Source: an uncultured Chloroflexia bacterium (GTDB taxonomy: Bacteria > Chloroflexota > Limnocylindria > Limnocylindrales > CSP1-4). From it: a DNA stretch of 64,000 nt. Position 1 is the first letter of the stretch. Every line of letters starts with the position of its first letter. The stretch covers positions 288,001 to 352,000 of the forward strand of contig CAVQJC010000020.1 in the NCBI GenBank assembly GCA_963712745.1, read 5' to 3'. A program made the translations under genes and the position numbers. This document shows positions 50,306 through 60,191 of the stretch, piece after piece. The notes under the pieces are model-generated. The model had not been told where the DNA came from and did not search any database. It saw nothing but the letters and a program-made list of their open reading frames with translations.

Positions 50306-51082
50306 TCAGCCGAGCCAGGTTTCCCGGCCTTCGACGTACTGGCGCCGGCGCTCGCCTTGGAGGCCGATGAAAGGGCAGCCGTCCGGGTCGTGCCGCAAGC
50401 GCAGCTCGGGGTCGCCCGGCTCGATCCAGAGCAGCTTGCCGCGGCGGAACCAAGGCACCAGGTCGAAGTCCTTGTCGTCGTCCTGGATGCTGTGCGTCGA
50501 GGTCGGGGAACCGTCGGCTCGCAGGAACGAGTGGAGGCGGTGGCCCCAGTCGTCGACGCGCTCGAGGTCGTGCGGCGTGGCCTCAGCGTAGTAGACGATG
50601 GGCAGGCCCACGTGCTCTCCGATGGCCACCGCGGAGACGACGGCGCGCACATCGGGGTGCGACAGCATGCGCGGCAGGACGAAAGGCACCTCCGGTCCGA
50701 CCATGGCCATGAGCGACCACTCGGGCAGCGGTCCGGCGAGCTTCATGGCACCGGTCCAGGCGAAGAGCGTGCGCTCCGGCTCGACGAAGGGCCGGAAGTC
50801 ATCCTCGTACGACCACCACAGCCCGTCGATGCCGAACGTGTCGATCGACGTCTCGAACACCTCCCCGCTGAAGGGGCTGCGTGAAAGCGGGACTATGGGC
50901 ACGCCGTCCACGTACCGCTTCACGGCCTCGGCCATGCCCTGGGCGGCCGCCTTTCGGGCCTCCTCCTCACGGGCTCGAAGGGCCGCCTGGTCGCGCTCCC
51001 AGCCCCGCCGATAGGCAGCCAGGATGTCCGCTCGTTCGTCGGCGCTGAAGGGCTGACCGCGACGGGCAGGCATGGCTGGCAT
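50306..51082 (-). CDS. Hypothetical protein (candidate immunity/accessory factor)
   Basis: Globular-looking ORF (SRSPFSG...DTFGIDGLWW...GPEVPFVLPRML) following the ATPase; start uncertain. Confidence 0.7.
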   Translation of the reverse strand: MPAMPARRGQPFSADERADILAAYRRGWERDQAALRAREEEARKAAAQGMAEAVKRYVDGVPIVPLSRSPFSGEVFETSIDTFGIDGLWWSYEDDFRPFVEPERTLFAWTGAMKLAGPLPEWSLMAMVGPEVPFVLPRMLSHPDVRAVVSAVAIGEHVGLPIVYYAEATPHDLERVDDWGHRLHSFLRADGSPTSTHSIQDDDKDFDLVPWFRRGKLLWIEPGDPELRLRHDPDGCPFIGLQGERRRQYVEGRETWLG

Positions 51083-51110
51083 GGCTCCCATCATGCGGCA
51101 CCACGCGCTC

Positions 51111-53252
51111 TCATGCCTCGCCTCGCGACCTCGGGCGGGCCGAATGGGCGGGCCGGATGACATCGATGTAGCGACCGAACTCTTCCTCCACGGTGAGGCG
51201 GCCGAGCTTGCGATACTCGCGCTCGGTGCCGCGCACGAGGTCAGCCATGGTCACCGGACGCCGCTCTTCCGCGGCTAGGTAGGCGGCCGCCAGGCAGATG
51301 TTGCGGATGTTGCCGCCCGACACGCGGAAGCGACCGGCCATGAATGAGAGATCGATGTCGTCAGCCCGCGGCAGGGTCGCTGGCAGGTGGATCTCCCAGA
51401 GACGCTCGCGATCGGCCTCTTCCGGCATGGGGAAGTCGATGACCGCATCGAGCCGGCGGGCGAAGGCCTCGTCGAGGTTGGCACGCAGGTTCGTGGTCAG
51501 GATGGCGAGGCCGTCGAAACGCTCCATGCGCTGGAGGAGATAGGCGATCTCGACGTTGGCGTAGCGGTCGCGCGCGTCCCGCACCTCGGAGCGCTTGCCG
51601 AAGAGCGCATCCGCCTCATCGAAGAGGAGCACACCGTTGATGCCATCGGCCGCGTCGAAGATGCGGTCGAGGTTCTTCTCGGTCTCGCCGATGTACTTGT
51701 CCACGACCGTCGAGAGGTCGATGACATAGAGATCGAGCCCGAGCTCGGCGGCCACGACCTCGGCCGACATCGTCTTGCCCGTGCCCGGATCACCCGCGAA
51801 CAGGGCCGTCACGCCCCGCCCACGAGTGGCTCCGCCGCCCATGCCCCAGTCATCGATGACCATGTCCCGGAAACGGGCGCGATCGGTCACCTCGTGGAGT
51901 TGTTCGAGCGTGTCTTCGGTGAGTACCAGCTGCGCCCACGAGGTGCTCGGCTCGACACGACGCGCAAGCCGCTCCAGCCCCGCGGCGTTCTCGGCACGTG
52001 CTCCAGCCTGCAGGTCGGCCAGGGCCAGGGGTCGGCCGCTGGCCTGTGATCGCATCACCGCGGAGGAGGTCGCTCGCACGACCTGGTCGGGCGTCAGCCG
52101 GAAGGGCATGAGCTGCTCGGGCAATCCCGGTTCGCCTATCCACTCGGATGCGCCCAGGACCTCGCGCCAGATGCCCGTGCGCTCACCGGCGGTCGGGACC
52201 GGCGCCTCCCAGATGAGCGGGACCCGAGAAGACCATGCTGCCTCCCAGGCGATGTGGCCGATCAGCACGGTCGGCCGTGGGCTATCGGCAAGTACGCGGA
52301 TGGCCTCCGGCGCTGTACTGGCTATGGACTCGATGGGACCGATGGCCATGCCGGCACCGCGCAGGCACACTTCCCTGACGGCCAGCCGAGCCAGCTCGTC
52401 CGGTGCGACGCCATGGGCTCGTGACAGGTCCAGGGAGACCAGCGGCTGGCCGAGCGATCGAAACGCCTCGGCAACGACCGATCTGGCGGCCGCCCCGGTC
52501 CGGTCGACGAGATACACCAGCTCGGCGCCTCTGACGAAGGCGTCGGCAAGGCGCTGCGCCTCCGGCAGGTCAGCTCCCGCTGGTTCCACATACAGCGGCG
52601 CCAGCATCGGATCGGGGGCATCGTTTCCGAGCAGGAAGGCGATGATGCGGTCGGGTACTCGGAGTGAGCGCGATAGCAACGGCCGGTCTTGCCCCTCGAG
52701 CATGATCAGGCTGCTCGTCAACAGTGGAGCCTCTGTGGCCAGCCGAGAGCGGGCGGCACTGGACCAGGTCGGGTGGCCGACCAGCTCGATGGCCAGGCCC
52801 ACGCTCGCCCGACGGTGGGTGATGTCATCCTGGAGATAGCCGTACAGCCGCTCGAAGCGGGCATCCAGGTCCGGAGCCACCGCGATCAGCAACAGCTCCA
52901 CGTCGAGCTCGGAGAGACCGAACTCGCGGGCCAATCGAACCAGGCGCATGTCTTCGCCAGCAAGCAAGTGTCGTCGCACCCAGGTATCAAGCCTGGGATC
53001 GGAGACCGGGCCGAGGTCGTCGTCGGCCAGCAGGCCATCGCCGTGACCTTCGAGGAGACGGTCGACGTCGGCCTCGGAGATGTAGAGGCCCTTGAAGCGA
53101 TCACCGTCCTCGCCGTCGCGTGCGCGTCGGCGCTCGACGGCGCGGCTTACCCGGCCTTCGACGCGACCGAGGCAGATCAGCAGGTAGGCCAGCGAAGGGT
53201 CGTCGTCGAAGCCCTGCACAGCCTCGATATCCGGGGCCTGCCCGGCGGTCAC
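51111..53252 (-). CDS. eCIS AAA+ ATPase (Afp15/Pvc15-like)
   Basis: FERLYGYLQDD, Walker A GDPGTGKT, KYIGETEKNL, LFDEADALFGKRSEV, RYAN, YLLQRME, SGGNIRN. Confidence 0.93.
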   Translation of the reverse strand: MTAGQAPDIEAVQGFDDDPSLAYLLICLGRVEGRVSRAVERRRARDGEDGDRFKGLYISEADVDRLLEGHGDGLLADDDLGPVSDPRLDTWVRRHLLAGEDMRLVRLAREFGLSELDVELLLIAVAPDLDARFERLYGYLQDDITHRRASVGLAIELVGHPTWSSAARSRLATEAPLLTSSLIMLEGQDRPLLSRSLRVPDRIIAFLLGNDAPDPMLAPLYVEPAGADLPEAQRLADAFVRGAELVYLVDRTGAAARSVVAEAFRSLGQPLVSLDLSRAHGVAPDELARLAVREVCLRGAGMAIGPIESIASTAPEAIRVLADSPRPTVLIGHIAWEAAWSSRVPLIWEAPVPTAGERTGIWREVLGASEWIGEPGLPEQLMPFRLTPDQVVRATSSAVMRSQASGRPLALADLQAGARAENAAGLERLARRVEPSTSWAQLVLTEDTLEQLHEVTDRARFRDMVIDDWGMGGGATRGRGVTALFAGDPGTGKTMSAEVVAAELGLDLYVIDLSTVVDKYIGETEKNLDRIFDAADGINGVLLFDEADALFGKRSEVRDARDRYANVEIAYLLQRMERFDGLAILTTNLRANLDEAFARRLDAVIDFPMPEEADRERLWEIHLPATLPRADDIDLSFMAGRFRVSGGNIRNICLAAAYLAAEERRPVTMADLVRGTEREYRKLGRLTVEEEFGRYIDVIRPAHSARPRSRGEA

Positions 53253-53995
53253 GAGCCGGTGCGGCGCTCGTGGAGGCCGCGGATGCGCAGCGTCCGGCCG
53301 GGTTGGCGTTTGGTGCCGGCGCGACGCGTCTCCTCCAGCACGCCAGGCTCGCCGGGCTCGATGCCGTTGTCCCGCTCCGCCACCGCACCCTTGCGCTTGC
53401 GTGACTTCGACTTCGAGCCGATGTCCGTCCGGACGACGCTGAGGATTGGCTCCTCGAGCACCGGCGGACCGGCCTCCAGCGCCCGCTCAACGTCCATGGG
53501 CGCGGTGACGATGAGGTCGATGGACGGCTTCATCTCACCGCCCATGGCCGACCACACGTCAGCGATGGAGCGGTCCTCGGTGACGGGCAGCGCGGCCGTG
53601 AGCACGACCGGCATCACGGTCCCCTCGAGCACGCCCTTGAGCCTCTCGGGCGGCATCGACTCGTGGCGGATGAAGCAGCCGAGCATGGCCGAGAGCAGCC
53701 GGTGCTCGTCCTCGGGTCTCTGGGTCCAGGCCGTGCACAGGTAGGAGAGCCGGAACCAGCGCGGACGCAGGCGGCGCTCGGTGACGCGGCCTGCCTCGTC
53801 GCGGACCTCCTCCCACATCGTCTGGCGTCGGGTGAGGTCCTCGCGGATGTCGTAGAGGTAGAGGTTCACCGTGGGCGCGTTGCGCCGCGAGACCCACTCG
53901 GTGGTGGGCGCGTCGAAGGCGATCTCGACCCCGTTGTCACCCAGCGCTTCCTCCTTGACGAGGGCGCGCAGGGATTCGTCTACGTCCTGGATCAT
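53249..53995 (-). CDS. DUF4255 / Pvc16(Afp16)-like eCIS cap protein
   Basis: MIQDVDESLRAL, FDAPT, NLYLYDIRED, LSYLCTAW, EHRLLS, KPSIDL. Confidence 0.9.
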   Translation of the reverse strand: MIQDVDESLRALVKEEALGDNGVEIAFDAPTTEWVSRRNAPTVNLYLYDIREDLTRRQTMWEEVRDEAGRVTERRLRPRWFRLSYLCTAWTQRPEDEHRLLSAMLGCFIRHESMPPERLKGVLEGTVMPVVLTAALPVTEDRSIADVWSAMGGEMKPSIDLIVTAPMDVERALEAGPPVLEEPILSVVRTDIGSKSKSRKRKGAVAERDNGIEPGEPGVLEETRRAGTKRQPGRTLRIRGLHERRTGS

Positions 53996-54166
53996 CGGAG
54001 CAAGCGTCTGCCAACCCTGAGCGCGCGACAACCAGCGGGCGGGCAGCCGGGCGGGCGCTGCAGCCTGCCCATTCGGGCAGATCTGGCTGACGGCCCAGCG
54101 AACGTTCGCGTGCGGGTGACAGGCAGTGGCAAGATGAAGTCCGTGCGCACACTGGAGGAGATGTCC

Positions 54167-54781
54167 ATGAACGCGGTTCAGCGATCCGATCGCACCCCCC
54201 GGAGCTGGCGCGCAGCGGCGCTGGCCGCGGTGGCGGCGCTCGTGGCCACGACGCTGCTGAGCTCAGCGGCCAGCGCAGCCGGCCCCACCTACACAGGCTG
54301 CATCGACCAGTACGGCTACCTCAGGGACGTCCGCATCGGGCTCAGCCCGATCGGCGGCGTGTGCCAGGGAGCTACCCAGATCCGCTGGAACCAGCAAGGC
54401 GCGAAGGGCGCCCCTGGCGCCAAGGGGCCCAGGGGCAAGCGCGGACCCAAGGGCAAGCCGGGCGAGCAGGGCCAGACCGGCCCGGCAGGACCAAAGGGCG
54501 CCGACGGTGCCGACGTCGAGCTGCGCACCTACAGCCTGACCGAGACCACCTCCGGGGCCGACGAGCGGCTGCTGCAGGTGGCGGCCATGTGCGACCGCGG
54601 CGACCTGGCCACCGGCGGCGGATTCGAGACGGACGGGGTCATCCTGGCCAGCCTCGGGGTGGGAGGCGACGCGCCGACGGGCTGGCAGGCGGTCGCCCAG
54701 GCCAACCCGGAGACCACGGAGCTCTCCGCCTTCGTCGTCTGCGCGGACCTCGGTGCGCGCCACCAGAGGACGGACCCGTGA
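54167..54781 (+). CDS. Secreted collagen-like protein
   Basis: GGAGGAG RBS, signal peptide, YTGC...WNQQG(xy)n Gly-X-Y run, C-domain CDRGDLATGGGF...VVC. Confidence 0.85.
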   Translation: MNAVQRSDRTPRSWRAAALAAVAALVATTLLSSAASAAGPTYTGCIDQYGYLRDVRIGLSPIGGVCQGATQIRWNQQGAKGAPGAKGPRGKRGPKGKPGEQGQTGPAGPKGADGADVELRTYSLTETTSGADERLLQVAAMCDRGDLATGGGFETDGVILASLGVGGDAPTGWQAVAQANPETTELSAFVVCADLGARHQRTDP

Positions 54782-55363
54782 GGCGCCAACTGCTGAGCGC
54801 GCTCATCATCAGCGCCGTCGCTCTCACGCTCCTGCCTGCGGCAGCGAGTGCCAACACGCGCTACACCGGCTGCCTCTGGGGCAACTTCGAGGCTCCAGGA
54901 GAGATCGACAGCCTGCGCATCGGCAGCAGCCCACGGAACGCGTGCAACCGGTACCAGAGCCTGATCACCTGGCTCAAGGACCCGGCTCGGGGCCCGAGGG
55001 GTGACCGCGGACCTCGCGGTCCACGCGGTTCACGCGGACCCAAGGGTGATCCGCGGCACGCCGGGCGAGCAGGGCCAGCGCGGTGCGCCCGGGAAGCCTG
55101 CGACCTTCTCCGTCTACATGGTCATGTCGCCCTGCCAGGGCTGCGAGGAAGGCGAGAGCGAGAAGACCGCCGAGGTCAGCTGCGACCGCGGCGACGTGGC
55201 CCTGGGCGGTGGCTTCATCAGCGACGGGCTAATCCAGGGCAGCCGGGCCGACGACGACGGCCCGGTTCGGAGCTGGTCTGTGGCGGCCATCGTGGAACCG
55301 GAGGGGTCGAGCGGGGCCCAGGCACAGCTGGTGTGCCAGGACCTGCCGCCGTTGCGAAGCTAG
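54778..55363 (+). pseudogene. Second collagen-like paralogue with a single +1 frameshift near 55052
   Basis: Signal peptide, YTGC and GPRGDRGPRG in one frame; GTPGEQGQRG...CDRGDVALGGGF...LVC in another; one extra base at GATCCGCGGC. Confidence 0.78.
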
Positions 55364-55392
55364 GCCAAGCCAGTCGCTGGACGAGCGTTCGG

Positions 55393-57489
55393 TCAGGGGG
55401 CGTCGAAGTCGGGAAGCTCGACGTCTCCCACGACCACCGTGCAGTCGGCGGTGAGACCGGTGTCGCCCAGCACGACCTGCAGAACCTGCAGGCCGGGTTC
55501 GGCATTGCGCGGCAGCGTGAACTCGGTCACCCAGGGCCAGGCACAGCCGAGCTCCTGGTAGTGGACGTTCCTGGCCACAGGCGCCTTGCGGTCCCCCAGC
55601 CAGACGTCCACGGGGCCGGTCTGTCCGAAGCTCGACAGCTCCAGGGTGGCCGTGTCCCCGGGCATGACAGTGGCCGGGGACGAGCTGTCGCGATTGACGG
55701 CACAGAGCGGGTATTCGGCCGCCTCGAGACTCAACGACACCAGCCCCGAGGCGGGAACGTCCGCCGGGAACGAGTCGCGATAGACCTTCCCCTCGGCCGT
55801 ACGCAGGCGCAGCATGGCAGCCATAGCGAACCGTTCGGAGAGCTCCACCACGCCGCCGGGGATGGTCATGACCAGGCTGTCCCTGCGCGCGGACGAGTCG
55901 TCCTCCTTGGCCTGGTGGTCACCTTCCGTGAGGCGCTGACTGGCCTCGATCCGGGGGGGCGGGTCCAGCTCCAGCCAGGTGGCCGTGGGCTCCTCCCAGT
56001 ACCAGGCCTGCGCGCTCAGCTCGCCGTCCTTGAGACTCGATCGCAACAGCAACTCGATGCCGAGCAGGTCCTTCCAGCCGGGTACCGGCTTGCCCGGCAC
56101 GTCGCCCGGTGAGCCGCCGGTGCCGCGATCATCGTCGAGGTCGATGACCACGAAGCCAAGCTGCTCGCCCGCCCCGAAGGGCAGGCCATCAGGCCAGAGC
56201 GTGACCTCGAACCCGCCATCCTCTTCTTCGCCGTCGGGTACTTCTTCGCCGTCGGGTACTTCTTCGCCGTCGGGTACTTCTTCGCCGACCGCCGCGTCGC
56301 CTGCCAGTTCATCTCCCAGGTCCAGGAACTCCTGGCTGAGCCCGGCGGCCCGCAGATCCGACCCCAGAGGCTGTGGCTTGCCGCGTGACAACTCGCGCAC
56401 GTCGTCCCACATGCTGGTCCCGCGGGTGCCCGCGCTGCGCAGCCTCTGCAGCGGCCGAAGGGCGGCCGGACCGACCGGCAGCAATCGCCTGACGGTGCGC
56501 GCACCATCGTGCGCGAGCCGCTCCAGGAACTGGTAGCGCTTGCGCTTGAGCGGCGGAGCGTAGAAGACCTGCTCCTGGACCGCCGCGGGGTGGTGCCGGA
56601 CCACGTTGCGGGGCAGGCGGCGCTGCCAGGAGCGGACGTCCTCGTAGCTCAGCGAGCGTGACATCAGCGAGCCAGGTGCGATGTCTGGGTTCTCGGTGTC
56701 ATCGCAGAACTTGTCCACGCGCCCGCGGACCGAGCCCGGGTTGTCGATGCCGTCACCGTGGCCAAGGCGCAGGATGTGCCCGACCTCGTGGGCGATGAGG
56801 CGCCGGTCGAGCAGGGCGCTGGGCGTCCCGTCGCTCGAGTCCACGACCATGAGCGTGCCACCCGAGGCATGCCGGATGAGCGCCGAATTGGCCGCGCAGT
56901 AGTCCGCGTTGGTGCTCGCGCTGAAAGCGTAACCCCAGACGTTGGATACCCGCCGCCCGCGACCGTCGACGAAGTCACCGATGATCACTGCCGGCGGCCC
57001 GTAGGCCACACCACCGAGGTCGGTGTCCGCTCCAGCGCGCTGCTGCAGGCGCTGCCAGGCCTGGGCGCAGCGCTGCATCACGAGCGTGTATTCGGCGGTG
57101 GACTCGGTGGGCACCCGGACGTCGCCGCGCCGGCCCAGGCGTGGACGCGGGTCCTTGATGACGGGGAAGGCGTTGGCCCGCGCGAGCGTACCGTTGAGGG
57201 CGCTGCGCAGGGTGATGCCGGCCTCCGGCGCCAGGATGCTCGAGCCGCGGCGGATCCGCTCGAGCACGGCCGCGTCGGGATCGCGCCGGGCGGCCTGGGT
57301 GCCTTCGAGCACACACCAGCGCATGGGCAACTGCAACATCTGGGAGCCTGCGCCGCCCTGTGCCCGGGCAGGCGCAGCAGCCGGCAGCAATGACACCAAC
57401 AGCATCGTCAACAGCCCGACCGCGAAGCAGGCGACGCGAGCCCGCCGCGAACGGTCACCCTCAAGCGCTACCGCCCCGATCACCGTCAT
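55393..57489 (-). CDS. Secreted metzincin-like zinc metallopeptidase
   Basis: Signal-like hydrophobic segment, AHEVGHILRLGHGD zinc motif with downstream SLM Met-turn; start uncertain (57489/57501). Confidence 0.72.
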   Translation of the reverse strand: MTVIGAVALEGDRSRRARVACFAVGLLTMLLVSLLPAAAPARAQGGAGSQMLQLPMRWCVLEGTQAARRDPDAAVLERIRRGSSILAPEAGITLRSALNGTLARANAFPVIKDPRPRLGRRGDVRVPTESTAEYTLVMQRCAQAWQRLQQRAGADTDLGGVAYGPPAVIIGDFVDGRGRRVSNVWGYAFSASTNADYCAANSALIRHASGGTLMVVDSSDGTPSALLDRRLIAHEVGHILRLGHGDGIDNPGSVRGRVDKFCDDTENPDIAPGSLMSRSLSYEDVRSWQRRLPRNVVRHHPAAVQEQVFYAPPLKRKRYQFLERLAHDGARTVRRLLPVGPAALRPLQRLRSAGTRGTSMWDDVRELSRGKPQPLGSDLRAAGLSQEFLDLGDELAGDAAVGEEVPDGEEVPDGEEVPDGEEEDGGFEVTLWPDGLPFGAGEQLGFVVIDLDDDRGTGGSPGDVPGKPVPGWKDLLGIELLLRSSLKDGELSAQAWYWEEPTATWLELDPPPRIEASQRLTEGDHQAKEDDSSARRDSLVMTIPGGVVELSERFAMAAMLRLRTAEGKVYRDSFPADVPASGLVSLSLEAAEYPLCAVNRDSSSPATVMPGDTATLELSSFGQTGPVDVWLGDRKAPVARNVHYQELGCAWPWVTEFTLPRNAEPGLQVLQVVLGDTGLTADCTVVVGDVELPDFDAP
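56223..56287 (-). repeat. 18-bp coding tandem repeat (GEEVPD x3.5)
   Basis: CTTCTTCGCCGTCGGGTA repeated three times plus a partial copy. Confidence 0.9.
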
Positions 57490-57733
57490 CGACCTCCTCA
57501 CCGGTCCTCCGACCGACACGCATGGTACGAGACCGCGGCGCGCATCTCCAGCCCCCGGCCTGCTCCTGTCCATGATTCCCCCGTTTGGGCGCCGCATCGA
57601 TTCCTCTTCGGGCAGACCCCCATGCCCGTGCGATGGCCCGCTCGTCCCTTCCGCGAGCCCCATCCGGCTGAGAGCCTGATGCACGACGAGTGCCCGGCCC
57701 AACCGGGCATGCCTGAGTTGGAGGATCACGGGA

Positions 57734-59257
57734 ATGCCGACGTACCTGTCACCTGGGGTCTACGTCGAGGAGGTCGAAGCCGGCGCGCGGCCCATCGAGG
57801 GTGTGGGCACGTCAGTCGCGGCATTCGTCGGACTCGCCGAGGACGGGCCCATCAACGAACCTGTGCTGGTCACAAACTGGAGCCAGTACACCCAGACCTT
57901 CGGCGAGTTCACGGAGGGCTCCTACCTCGCCCACGCGGTCTACGGCTACTTCCTCAACGGCGGCGGCACCTGCTACGTCGTGCGCATCGGTGGCGAGCAG
58001 CCGCCCTCCGCCGCCAAGGCCGAGTTGCCCACGGCCAAGGACAAGGCGGTGGCCGGCTTCCGCGTGACGGCGCTGGAACCCGGTTCGGCCGGCAACCAGA
58101 TCCGGGTCGAGGTCGCTGACGCCAGCCAGCCGTCCGAGGACAGCTTCAAGCTGACCGTCCGTGCCCCGGGCAAGCCCGACGAGGTCTACGACAACGTCTC
58201 CTTCAGGAAGGGCAAGGACTCGGTCGTGACCCAGGTCAAGACCGAGTCGAAGCTCATCGAGATCGAGGAGATCGGGCCGGCCAGCCTCGAGCGCGCCCCG
58301 GCCAGGGGCACCCAGACGCTCAGCGGCTCGGAGGTGGCCAAGCCGGTCACGCTCACGCCCGACGACTACGTCGGAGATTCGGCCGACCGCACCGGTTTCA
58401 GCGGCCTCGAGGCCGTCGATGCCGTGACCATGCTCTCGGTGCCCGACCTGATGGCCATGTACCAGGCCGGCCAGATCGACCTGGAGGGGGTGCAGGCGGT
58501 ACAGACCGCGATGCTGGCCCACTGCGAGCTGATGGGCGACCGCGTGGCCATCCTCGACGCGCCTCCCGGGCTCAACGCCCAGCAGGTCAGCGAGTGGCGC
58601 ACCGACAAGGTCGGCTACGACTCCAAGTACGGCACCCTCTACTGGCCCTGGGTCAAGGTCTTCGACCCGGTCGCAGGTCAGGCGCGCTTCGTGCCCCCCA
58701 GCGGCCACGTGGCCGGAGTCTGGGCGCGCAGCGACGAGGAGCGGGGCGTGCACAAGGCGCCGGCCAACGAGATCCTGCGTGGCGCGCTCAGCCTCGAGCT
58801 CAACATCACCAAGGGCGAGCACGACCAGCTCAACCCGGACGGCATCAACTGCATCCGCGCATTCCCCGGCCGCGGCATCCGCATCTGGGGCGCACGTACG
58901 CTCTCGAGCGACCCGGCCTGGCGCTATCTCAACGTTCGCCGCCTCTTCAACTACATCGAGGAATCGATCCTCGAGGGCACCCAGTGGGTCGTCTTCGAGC
59001 CCAACGACCTCGACCTCTGGATGCGGGTGAAGCGCACCATCAACGCCTTCCTGCTCCGGACCTGGCGGGACGGTGCCCTCTTCGGGGCCTCACCCGAAGA
59101 AGCGTTCTTCGTCAAGTGCGACGCGGAGACCAACCCGCCCGATGTCGTCGACGCCGGGCAGCTGATCGTCGAGATCGGCGTGGCGCCCGTGAAGCCGGCG
59201 GAGTTCGTGGTCTTCCGTATCGCCCAGTACTCGGGCGGCGCGGAGCTCTCCGAGTAG
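57734..59257 (+). CDS. Contractile tail sheath protein (eCIS)
   Basis: MPTYLSPGVYVEEV, GYFLNGGG, YWPW, VPPSGHVAG, GVHKAPANE, WGARTL, WRYLNVRRL, FEPND, APVKPAEFVVFRI. Confidence 0.97.
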   Translation: MPTYLSPGVYVEEVEAGARPIEGVGTSVAAFVGLAEDGPINEPVLVTNWSQYTQTFGEFTEGSYLAHAVYGYFLNGGGTCYVVRIGGEQPPSAAKAELPTAKDKAVAGFRVTALEPGSAGNQIRVEVADASQPSEDSFKLTVRAPGKPDEVYDNVSFRKGKDSVVTQVKTESKLIEIEEIGPASLERAPARGTQTLSGSEVAKPVTLTPDDYVGDSADRTGFSGLEAVDAVTMLSVPDLMAMYQAGQIDLEGVQAVQTAMLAHCELMGDRVAILDAPPGLNAQQVSEWRTDKVGYDSKYGTLYWPWVKVFDPVAGQARFVPPSGHVAGVWARSDEERGVHKAPANEILRGALSLELNITKGEHDQLNPDGINCIRAFPGRGIRIWGARTLSSDPAWRYLNVRRLFNYIEESILEGTQWVVFEPNDLDLWMRVKRTINAFLLRTWRDGALFGASPEEAFFVKCDAETNPPDVVDAGQLIVEIGVAPVKPAEFVVFRIAQYSGGAELSE

Positions 59258-59310
59258 CGCCACCACCTCGCTAGCCACACGGCCGAGACGAACGAAAGGA
59301 GCCACATCCG

Positions 59311-59769
59311 ATGGGCAAGGGATTGCCGAACCTGCCGACCGACGCGCTGGTCGCCCAGCACTTCGCGATCGAGATCGGTTCGATCGAGATCGCCCAGTTC
59401 TCCGAGGTCAGCGGTCTCACCTCCGAGCTCGACGTCGTCGAGCTCAAAGAGAACACCGCCGACGGCAAGCCGATCATCCACAAGCTGCCGGGGGCGCCCA
59501 AGCCGCCGACGATCACCCTCAAGCGTGCCAAGAACTCCTCGCGCGACCTGTGGGACTGGCACAAGGCCATGCTCGACGGTCGTGTGAACGATGCCCGCAA
59601 GGAAGGCTCGGTCGTGCTCAAGGACTTCGAGGGCGCAGAGGTCTCGCGCTACAACTTCTACGGGGCCTGGATCAGCAAGCTCACCACGAGCACGCTGAAG
59701 TCGGGCTCCAACGAAGTGCTCATGGAAGAGGTCACCATCGTCTGTGAGCAGATGGAGCGCGTCTCGTGA
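59311..59769 (+). CDS. Tail tube protein (T4 gp19-like, Afp1/5)
   Basis: FSEVSGL, KLPG, ITLKR, LWDW, RKEGSVVLKD, YNFYGAW, EEVTIVCE. Confidence 0.95.
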   Translation: MGKGLPNLPTDALVAQHFAIEIGSIEIAQFSEVSGLTSELDVVELKENTADGKPIIHKLPGAPKPPTITLKRAKNSSRDLWDWHKAMLDGRVNDARKEGSVVLKDFEGAEVSRYNFYGAWISKLTTSTLKSGSNEVLMEEVTIVCEQMERVS

Positions 59770-60191
59770 CCAGCGCCCTTCCGGCCGCGGAGCCCGGGAC
59801 TGCGGCGGAGGTCCAGCTGGCCCTCCGCACGGAGTTCTCCTTCGTGCTGCCGAGGGGCTACATCGACGAGAGCGGCACCGTCCACCGCGCCGGTGTCATG
59901 CGCCTGGCCACGGCCAAGGACGAGATCATCCCCCAGCGGGACCCACGAGTGCGCGAGAACGAGTCCTACCTCACGGTACTGCTGCTCTCACGCGTCATCA
60001 CCCGGCTGGGCAGCGTGGCCACCATCACGCCGGGCGTGGTCGAGTCGATGTTCGCCTCCGACCTGGCCTTCCTGCAGGACCTCTACCGGCGCATCAATCA
60101 GGACGGCACGACCGAGCTGGCGATGACCTGCCCCTCGTGCCGCGCGGAGGTCACGTTCGACCTCGGTGGTGAACGCCTGGGGGAATCATGA
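59766..60191 (+). CDS. Tail assembly chaperone-like CIS protein
   Basis: FVLPRGYID, GVMRLATAKDE, LLSRVI, DLAFLQDLYRRIN, CPSC; directly follows the tube gene. Confidence 0.82.
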   Translation: MTSALPAAEPGTAAEVQLALRTEFSFVLPRGYIDESGTVHRAGVMRLATAKDEIIPQRDPRVRENESYLTVLLLSRVITRLGSVATITPGVVESMFASDLAFLQDLYRRINQDGTTELAMTCPSCRAEVTFDLGGERLGES

